From positions 1 through 53,930 of the forward strand of contig DAHVQG010000016.1 of assembly GCA_027317865.1 (NCBI GenBank): a stretch of DNA of 53,930 bases, read 5' to 3'. Positions 47,324-53,930 of the stretch are shown here, piece after piece. The notes under the pieces were generated by a model that saw only the letters and a list, made by a program, of their open reading frames with translations, made no database searches and was not told where the DNA came from. A program made the translations under genes and the position numbers. The DNA is from Bdellovibrionales bacterium (GTDB taxonomy: Bacteria > Bdellovibrionota > Bdellovibrionia > Bdellovibrionales > UBA1609). Numbering within the stretch: position 1 is the first letter of the stretch; each line of letters begins with the position of its first letter.

Positions 47324-47383
47324 AAGATTCACTTATAACAAAAAACATCTAGCCTACCTAACCTTTTCGTTTAGGAGATTTAG

Positions 47384-48244
47384 TTGAAAACCAACCGAGA
47401 TGACGCTGTTTTTTACTTGAAAAATCTGCGGGATAAAATCGTTAAAGAGTTCGAATCACTCGAACAGGGTCAAAGCTTTGAACGGACACCATGGCCATAT
47501 CAAAACGGTCGCGGTGGGGGCGAAATGTCCGTTTTGCGCGGAAAAGTCTTTGAAAAAGCCGCTGTTAACTGGTCGGGAGTATACGGTACACATTTGCCGG
47601 GCGAAAGATCGCAGAAGGTAAGCGACGCCAAACACCCTGAAACTCCCTTTTTTGCAACGGGGGTCAGCCTTATTACACACATGCGTAATCCCAAAGCTCC
47701 TACCGTGCATTTTAATATTCGCTACATTGAAAAATTGGATGTGAGCCAAAATGTCCCATCGGTAACTTCGAAATCACCCGCTTGGTGGCTCGGGGGAGGG
47801 TTTGATTTAACTCCTATGGGATTTGAATACTCTGAAGATACCGAACACTTTCATTCGGTAGCAAAAGTAGCACTTGAATCGTTTGGCACTGATATTTACC
47901 CCACTTTCAAACAAAACGCGGCACAGTACTACTATATCAAACACCGGCATCGTGAGCGTGGCGTCGGCGGAATTTTCTTTGACTATCTCAATACCGGCGA
48001 TCGCGATCGAGATTTCGCACTTTGGCGCTCGGTCGGAGATCATTTTCTCGAAACAATTATGCCGATTTACAAACGGCGCATTCATGAGCCGTACAACGAT
48101 GAAGACCGGCGCGTTCAACTTGAACGACGAGCGCATTATGCGGAATTTAATCTCCTGTATGATCGCGGCACCCGCTTTGGTTTTGAGTCCGGTGGCAATC
48201 CCGAGGCAATTTTGTGTTCGATGCCGCCCCTTGCTGCATGGTAA
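47384..48244 (+). CDS. hemF: Oxygen-dependent coproporphyrinogen III oxidase
   Basis: FEKAAVN, PTVHFNIRY, GGGFDLTP, RGVGGIFFD, EFNLLYDRGT, SMPP. Confidence 0.96.
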   Translation: MKTNRDDAVFYLKNLRDKIVKEFESLEQGQSFERTPWPYQNGRGGGEMSVLRGKVFEKAAVNWSGVYGTHLPGERSQKVSDAKHPETPFFATGVSLITHMRNPKAPTVHFNIRYIEKLDVSQNVPSVTSKSPAWWLGGGFDLTPMGFEYSEDTEHFHSVAKVALESFGTDIYPTFKQNAAQYYYIKHRHRERGVGGIFFDYLNTGDRDRDFALWRSVGDHFLETIMPIYKRRIHEPYNDEDRRVQLERRAHYAEFNLLYDRGTRFGFESGGNPEAILCSMPPLAAW

Positions 48245-48272
48245 GTTTGTGCTTGAGGAGTGAAAATTCGTA

Positions 48273-49616
48273 ATGTCTAAAACCCGGTCAAAAAAAACTC
48301 GCGATAGAAAAACTCCAACAGGAGTATTCTCACGCTCGGTTCAACTGTTTTCGATGGCCGGCCGGGTAGCCGCAAAAGAACTGGGAACGCGCATTTTACC
48401 GGGCGATGTTCAAAAGAAACTTCAACAAAAAGTTGAGACGCGCATTGAACAAGCGCGCGTCATCGCCGAGAGTCTTTCGCATCTCAAGGGTGCGGCAATG
48501 AAAGCGGGCCAGTTGTTGAGTCTTGATACAACTGATTTTTTACCCCCAGAAGCTGTGGAAATTCTCAGCCGCCTGCAAGCACAGGCCACGCCGGCTCGAA
48601 CCGACGAACTGCAAGGCGTTTTGACCCATGAACTCGGCCCGGAAAAAATCGCGCGCATCCGAAATTTTTCACCCAATCCGGTCGCATCGGCCAGCATAGG
48701 TCAAGTCCACTCGGCAGAAATCGACGGGCAACGGGTGGCGATTAAAATTCAATATCCAGGAGTGTCTGAAAGCATCGACAGCGATTTGGCAATACTTCGT
48801 AAACTTGCCGGTGGATTTGTCACTCTATCAGGCAAGAAATTTTCGCTGGATGAGCTATTCGCTGAGATTCGCGGCGTTTTGATTCAAGAAGTGGATTACG
48901 AAAATGAGCGCGCGAATCTCGATCGCTATCGAGATCAGCTTGCGTCTTCTGTGCACTATGTCGTTCCCCGCTCGTTTGCTGAATTCTCAACACGACGAGT
49001 ACTGACGATGAGCTTTGAAGACGGTGCGCCGATTATCACTTGGGCGCAAAACCCTCATACAGGGCTTCAAGATCGCACCCATATTGCACGTCTTATGCTC
49101 GATTTATTTTGTCTCGAATTTTGCGATTGGGGAATGGTGCAAACCGATCCCAACTTTGCAAATTATCTCGTACGCGATAATAAGCTCGTTTGTCTCGATT
49201 TCGGCGCGACCCTCGTTTATTCGCCTGAATTTCGACGGGGTTACGCCCACCTCCTCAGGAGCATTGCCTCAAACGACACCGAAACTATTTTTCGTAATGC
49301 CGTTGAATTTGGGTTACTCGACCCTCGCGAATCCTTCGACGCGCAAGAAGCTTTTAAAGATATGCTTCAAGTCGCGATGGAGCCATTTCGCCCCGATCAT
49401 CAACCATTTCGGTTTTCTGATCCCGAATATGAAAAGCGAACAGTTAAGGCCAACCGACGCTTTGTACGCCAACTGATTTATTCGCCACCACCGCGAAAGA
49501 TCATGTTTTTACATCGAAAACTCGGCGGAATGTTCAGTCTCATGAAACGCTTAGGTGCCGAGTTTGATTTATTGCCCTACTGGCAAAAAATGTCGACGAT
49601 GGATACGACGTTATGA
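48273..49616 (+). CDS. ABC1/UbiB (COQ8-like) atypical kinase
   Basis: KxGQ (MKAGQ), ASASIGQVH, VAIKIQYPG, QTDPN..N, LDFG. Confidence 0.9.
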   Translation: MSKTRSKKTRDRKTPTGVFSRSVQLFSMAGRVAAKELGTRILPGDVQKKLQQKVETRIEQARVIAESLSHLKGAAMKAGQLLSLDTTDFLPPEAVEILSRLQAQATPARTDELQGVLTHELGPEKIARIRNFSPNPVASASIGQVHSAEIDGQRVAIKIQYPGVSESIDSDLAILRKLAGGFVTLSGKKFSLDELFAEIRGVLIQEVDYENERANLDRYRDQLASSVHYVVPRSFAEFSTRRVLTMSFEDGAPIITWAQNPHTGLQDRTHIARLMLDLFCLEFCDWGMVQTDPNFANYLVRDNKLVCLDFGATLVYSPEFRRGYAHLLRSIASNDTETIFRNAVEFGLLDPRESFDAQEAFKDMLQVAMEPFRPDHQPFRFSDPEYEKRTVKANRRFVRQLIYSPPPRKIMFLHRKLGGMFSLMKRLGAEFDLLPYWQKMSTMDTTL

Positions 49617-50588
49617 TCAACGCTCCGCTAGGTGCTGAGTCTCAACGTTTATACGGCGGACCTCATACTGTTCGTGCGCCAATTTATGGGCAAGACGATA
49701 ATGCTCGCGGCTCAGTTTCAATTCACGTGAACGTAAATATTCGTAGTGCTTATACTTCCATCGCAAATACCTCTGGAGGCGCGCGATGTGCATTTTCATG
49801 TCGTTATTCCAGCGGTTCATCAGGGCAATTCGATGCAAAGCATCTCGCTCCAGGAGACGGTCGTGATACGCCATCCGGTCAAAACGAGCGACTTGTTCGC
49901 GATCTCGAGCGAGCAAATTATTTCTGAAATTAACTTGTGCATGCAAATGGTCGAATTTTTGATTCTCGAATCGCAACCGGCGTGATGCCAGTTGAACGTT
50001 TTTGCGCGCAAGCACGACTTGAATTAAACGTTTTTTGTATATTTTTAACAACCACCGGTAGCGCGCGGCCATCAGATTTGTACGACGCTTTAACACGATG
50101 GCTTCATAGCGCAAGTGGCTATCTTCGTGCGCAAGCCGGTCGGTTTCATGTTCGGCTGATTTTGCGGCCGCCGCGTCACCGAATTGTTCGAGGCTTTCAA
50201 CGTCGTTACTAAGTGCCATTTCATTTTGCCGGTCGGTTGCATTTTGAATTTGTTGATCCGCTTGAAGAGTTAAATGGGGCGAATTATTACCAATAGGGTC
50301 GAGCGCTTCTTGTTCGCTGTTTTTCTGCTGATCATTATTTATTTGTTGATTTATTTGTGGCGCATTACTAACCGGTAACGGTTGAACCGTGACATTTTGC
50401 GAATCATTGTTATTGCTGTTCGTGATCGCCGGGGGCGTAAACGAGTCGGGATTTGACATTTTTGCGCCCGGAGCTAAAAGATCAAGATCGGTGACAGACT
50501 TGGCACATGCTCTTGCGCCGTAGATCGAAACCGCCAAAACGGGTGCGGCGACAGTCGCCACGATTAGTTTCCGCTTTAAACTTTGCAT
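49617..50588 (-). CDS. Exported coiled-coil protein of unknown function
   Basis: SD GAGGT before ATG 50588, signal peptide, N/Q/D-rich linker, long R/H/L-rich heptad-like region. Confidence 0.72.
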   Translation of the reverse strand: MQSLKRKLIVATVAAPVLAVSIYGARACAKSVTDLDLLAPGAKMSNPDSFTPPAITNSNNNDSQNVTVQPLPVSNAPQINQQINNDQQKNSEQEALDPIGNNSPHLTLQADQQIQNATDRQNEMALSNDVESLEQFGDAAAAKSAEHETDRLAHEDSHLRYEAIVLKRRTNLMAARYRWLLKIYKKRLIQVVLARKNVQLASRRLRFENQKFDHLHAQVNFRNNLLARDREQVARFDRMAYHDRLLERDALHRIALMNRWNNDMKMHIARLQRYLRWKYKHYEYLRSRELKLSREHYRLAHKLAHEQYEVRRINVETQHLAER

Positions 50589-50657
50589 AAATACCTCATT
50601 GCGCGAGGTTTCGGTCACTGATGATCCCGCGCGGTCATATGGTTCAAGCGAAAACAC

Positions 50658-50674
50658 AGCAAGCCCGATGCCGA
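50658..50674 (-). promoter_or_regulatory. Sigma54 (RpoN) -24/-12 promoter
   Basis: Minus strand TCGGCAT-CGGGC-TTGCT, exact GG-N10-GC spacing, 69 nt upstream of ATG 50588. Confidence 0.6.
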
Positions 50675-50797
50675 CGTCTAGCAGCAATAAATCGCGTCTA
50701 CAGATTCGACACCCCTGCAATAAATATAGAGAAACTGCCCAAAAGTGTTATATTAGTCGCGTAAAATCGAGGTTCAAAAATTGAAAGCGAGGACAGC

Positions 50798-51874
50798 ATG
50801 ATTCGAATTACGAAGTCCGAGAAACTCCCACCTGTTCAATATACTCCCAACCCTCTGTTCGGGACGGTATTTGCACCTCACGTATTGCGCATGGATCTCA
50901 CACTTGATGGTGGCCCGGCTGAGTTTGAAGCCCGAATCATGCCGCTAACGGATGAACCGTTCCCCTGCACCTCGAGCGTTTTGCATTACGGGCAAAGCGT
51001 CTTTGAAGGCATGAAGGCTTATAAACAAAAAGATGGCGGCGTCGCGATCTTTCGTGCTGACCTCCATGCGAAGCGTTTTCGCAATTCCGCAAAACGCATG
51101 GTTTTGCGCGAAATACCCGAAGAAATTTTTTTGCAATGCCTAAAGGAATACACGGCATTTGTCGCCGACAACGTACCGGGTGAGCCGGATCATTCGTTGT
51201 ACTTACGGCCGCTTCTAATGGCGGCAGATCGCAAAATCAAAGTAGGAGCGGCTAAGAAGAATATTTTCTATATCATGAGTTCGATTGCCGGCGGATATTT
51301 CGGGAAGAAAGGCGAACGTGCACGCGTGATGGTGTGCCGTGATTTCGTGCGGGCATTTCCAAATGGCTTGGGTGAAGTAAAAACCGCTGCAAACTACGCG
51401 GCCAGTATTTGGCCACAACGACTTGCGGCCCAAAAAGAGTGTAATCAAGTTTTGTTTCTTGATGCCGTAGAGCATGAATACATCGACGAACTTGGCGGCA
51501 TGAACTTTTTTGCAATTCGCGGCAAAGATCTAGTCACTCCGGCCCTGAACGGTTGCATTTTGAATGGAGTGACCCGGCGATCGCTTCTCGATCTCGCCCC
51601 GTCAATGGGCCTCAACCCGGTTGAAACTCGAATGTCCTTTTCTGAATTACGCGCGGATATTGAGCATGGCCGGATTACAGAAGTTTTCGCCTGCGGAACG
51701 GCCGCGATTGTTAGCCCCATCGGCGAAATTTACTATCAGGAAAAGCTCGATAGCCACGGCGATCTTCTGCGGTTGCCGCCCGAATCGAAAGTGGCCATGG
51801 CCATATACGAAAAACTTGGTAAAATCCAGCGTGGGTACGAATCGGCACCGGGCAATTGGCTTTTGAAAGTCTAG
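50798..51874 (+). CDS. ilvE: Branched-chain amino acid aminotransferase
   Basis: LHYGQSVFEGMKAY, LYLRP, KTAANY, ELGGMN, ILNGVTR, CGTAA. Confidence 0.95.
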   Translation: MIRITKSEKLPPVQYTPNPLFGTVFAPHVLRMDLTLDGGPAEFEARIMPLTDEPFPCTSSVLHYGQSVFEGMKAYKQKDGGVAIFRADLHAKRFRNSAKRMVLREIPEEIFLQCLKEYTAFVADNVPGEPDHSLYLRPLLMAADRKIKVGAAKKNIFYIMSSIAGGYFGKKGERARVMVCRDFVRAFPNGLGEVKTAANYAASIWPQRLAAQKECNQVLFLDAVEHEYIDELGGMNFFAIRGKDLVTPALNGCILNGVTRRSLLDLAPSMGLNPVETRMSFSELRADIEHGRITEVFACGTAAIVSPIGEIYYQEKLDSHGDLLRLPPESKVAMAIYEKLGKIQRGYESAPGNWLLKV

Positions 51875-51878
51875 CCGT

Positions 51879-52520
51879 TTGGATAATTGGCAAGAAAAAT
51901 ACCCTGGGCGATGCCCGCGTTGTTATATGCGAAACGAGGTTTGCATTTGCAGCCTCATCCCGTCCATTCGTAACAAAACACCAGTTACGGTGATTATGCA
52001 TCACCGGGAATTTCATAAAACAACCAATACCGCGCGCATTGCATGTTTGGCGCTGCAAAATAGCGAGATTCGTTTGCACGGGCTAAAAGACAAAACGCAA
52101 GTTTTGCGCGAACAGAAGATACTTACTGAACCGAGCTATCAACCCATTCTGTTGACGTTGAACGAAAGAAGCGAAGTGCTTACTCCGGAATTTGTGCGCC
52201 GATTGGATCGACCGCCCCATTTGATTGTACCCGATGGCAACTGGCGACAGGCCGGCAAAATGGGTAAGCGCATAACGGATCTGCAAAACATTCCCTGGGT
52301 GAAGCTGCCTCCAGGACCACAGTCGCGTTACCGTTTGAGACACGAACACGATCCGCAAGGGCTCTCCACTCTTGAAGCCATGGCACGAGCCCTTGGCCTC
52401 ATCGAAAATTCAGCAATTCAAGTTCAACTTGAACAAATATTCGAAATTATGGTCGATCGGACTCTATCGACGCGCCCAAAAATTGCCGATAAGTCGTCGG
52501 AATGGGTTGGGAAAAACTAA
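51879..52520 (+). CDS. DTW-domain tRNA-uridine aminocarboxypropyltransferase (TapT-like)
   Basis: CxxC...CxC, HHRE..KTTNT, PDGNW, LSTLEA. Confidence 0.88.
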   Translation: MDNWQEKYPGRCPRCYMRNEVCICSLIPSIRNKTPVTVIMHHREFHKTTNTARIACLALQNSEIRLHGLKDKTQVLREQKILTEPSYQPILLTLNERSEVLTPEFVRRLDRPPHLIVPDGNWRQAGKMGKRITDLQNIPWVKLPPGPQSRYRLRHEHDPQGLSTLEAMARALGLIENSAIQVQLEQIFEIMVDRTLSTRPKIADKSSEWVGKN

Positions 52521-52549
52521 AACGAATCCTAGGGTTACGCATTACCTCG

Positions 52550-53335
52550 ATGGCCGAGGATAATGCCTCGATTCAACAATTGGTGAGCCAAAACCTGTTG
52601 AACCGTCGAAAAAATTTCCGCGTCCAATTTCCGCCTAGCGGCGGCGGCGGGCCTTACCCGGCGATATTTTTTCTCGGAACCGAATTGATCCTCGGCAATA
52701 TCAGTGCCGGCGGTTGCTTAGTCGTCGACGACACCGATCGGCTCGGCACGACTGTCGGCGAGGTCATTTCGCTCGACTTTATTTGGCCGGCGTTTCGTAC
52801 CACTATGCGCGCCAGAATTGTGGGCATCACTCTCGACAATCGCCATCTACAATTCGTGGATTTCGATGCCCAATTTTTCTTGCACATCAATCAACTCGTC
52901 CCTCCGGCGATGGCTGGCAGCCGTTTTCGTCAGGTGCAGAACAAATCGGGTCGATTGGCGGCAGCCGAAATGTGGACTTCACACATGAGCGATACGCTTA
53001 TCTTCGGGCACGACGACAGCGCCGAGTTGTCTATAAAGGGTGAAAAATTCCGTTGGCGGCCGCTTGATTTAGCGAATGACCAACCGGGCTCGTCGGGTCG
53101 TGTTGCTTCACTAAATGAAAATTCAAAACTTGCGTCGATTTACGTCATGCTTGCGAACTTTCCGAATCCGAGTAACCGGGTGCTCCTTCTAATGGAACGA
53201 ATTGCGTCTCAAATCGAAGCGCGCGAGCGCCGGAGGGTTGACCGCACCCCTCGTGAATCACGCAAGGTCGACGATGACGACGTAAGCCTTTGGACCACGC
53301 CAGCTAAGCGAAAGCGTGAGGGCACAAATGGCTAG
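52550..53335 (+). CDS. PilZ-domain protein
   Basis: RRKNFR (RxxxR) and NISAGG (D/NxSxxG) motifs. Start at 52550 or 52502. Confidence 0.75.
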   Translation: MAEDNASIQQLVSQNLLNRRKNFRVQFPPSGGGGPYPAIFFLGTELILGNISAGGCLVVDDTDRLGTTVGEVISLDFIWPAFRTTMRARIVGITLDNRHLQFVDFDAQFFLHINQLVPPAMAGSRFRQVQNKSGRLAAAEMWTSHMSDTLIFGHDDSAELSIKGEKFRWRPLDLANDQPGSSGRVASLNENSKLASIYVMLANFPNPSNRVLLLMERIASQIEARERRRVDRTPRESRKVDDDDVSLWTTPAKRKREGTNG

Positions 53336-53930
53336 TTTCGAACAATTTCGCCCCCAACTGAAATCCGGCCAACTCACACCGCAGGGTGAAAAAATTGTTT
53401 TCGAACTCGATGCCCCACTCGCTGACCAAATTATTTTGCCGGTTGAAATGACCGACTTTCTTCTTCTTTGCACGGGTGAGCACACCGTCGGCGAAATTAT
53501 TGAAGTTTTATATCGGCGAAAAGGCTCCATACAATTTAAATCGATCTATCGAACATTGAACTATCTCAACCAACGCGGTTTTTTAGAAAATGGCGAATCG
53601 CTAAATGCCGACGGAGCTGCTTCTAACAACGAATTTCGTTTTTTGACGTTTCGCCCGCTTTTCGAGTTTTCAATTGGCAGGCGGATCGTCAACGATCGCG
53701 AGCGGCCTTTGGGGTTTTATTTGCTTTCAATGCTTCTTCTCGTTATTGCAATTTTAAGCTTTCAGTTTTTTTCACCGCGATGGTTCACCTTGCCGTTTAT
53801 GAGGTTAAATAATTCGTATTGGCTCGGGCTTGTCGCCTTATTCGTCGCTGGGTCAATACTCGTTTCGATTAAAGGAATTTTAAAATGCGGATCGCTTCTT
53901 TTACTTACCGGGCGAGCCTATAACTTCGGG
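53328..53930 (+). CDS. Membrane protein with N-terminal PqqD/winged-helix-like region (3' end beyond window)
   Basis: Translated by hand: MASFEQFRPQL...LLCTGEHTVGEIIEVL...TLNYLNQRGFLE, then TM helices. Overlaps the PilZ gene stop and is open to the window edge. Confidence 0.7.
   Translation, partial: MASFEQFRPQLKSGQLTPQGEKIVFELDAPLADQIILPVEMTDFLLLCTGEHTVGEIIEVLYRRKGSIQFKSIYRTLNYLNQRGFLENGESLNADGAASNNEFRFLTFRPLFEFSIGRRIVNDRERPLGFYLLSMLLLVIAILSFQFFSPRWFTLPFMRLNNSYWLGLVALFVAGSILVSIKGILKCGSLLLLTGRAYNFG

Noticed and set aside
52485..52492. Perfect sigma28 -10 (GCCGATAA) upstream of the PilZ gene
   Set aside because: No matching -35 at the proper spacing and it lies inside the DTW coding sequence; cannot be supported without TSS data.
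1..53930. CRISPR arrays, tRNA/rRNA, IS elements, prophage or defence genes
   Set aside because: No spaced repeats, RNA gene signatures or recombinase/transposase motifs seen by eye; a covariance-model scan was not possible.

Overview
Gene-dense bacterial chromosome segment of about 44 CDSs, two of them truncated by the window edges. I saw no rRNA, tRNA, CRISPR array, integrase or transposase. Most genes are housekeeping: nrdAB (class Ia RNR), lgt, maf, hemB, folE2-fur-uvrA, sucAB-lpdA, trpS, sodC, mltA, a gcdH-like gene, bcp, typA, hemF, ilvE and a DTW gene. Interspersed are many exported proteins of unknown or lytic function. The gene mix suggests a Bdellovibrionota-like organism, and the strongly basic exported proteins suggest an acidic habitat; both are inferences. 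Best leads: (1) a co-oriented exported PTP-type phosphatase, fungal-type GH15 glucoamylase and MFS transporter; (2) a divergently transcribed pair of distantly homologous secreted proteins of unknown family; (3) a fused E1-alpha/beta ThDP enzyme coupled to an atypical FabD-like acyltransferase with no adjacent E2; (4) a UvrA whose insertion domain seems replaced by an acidic loop; (5) readable sigma54, sigma28 and leaderless sigma70 promoter architecture on the accessory genes. No database searches were run; all calls come from motif recognition.
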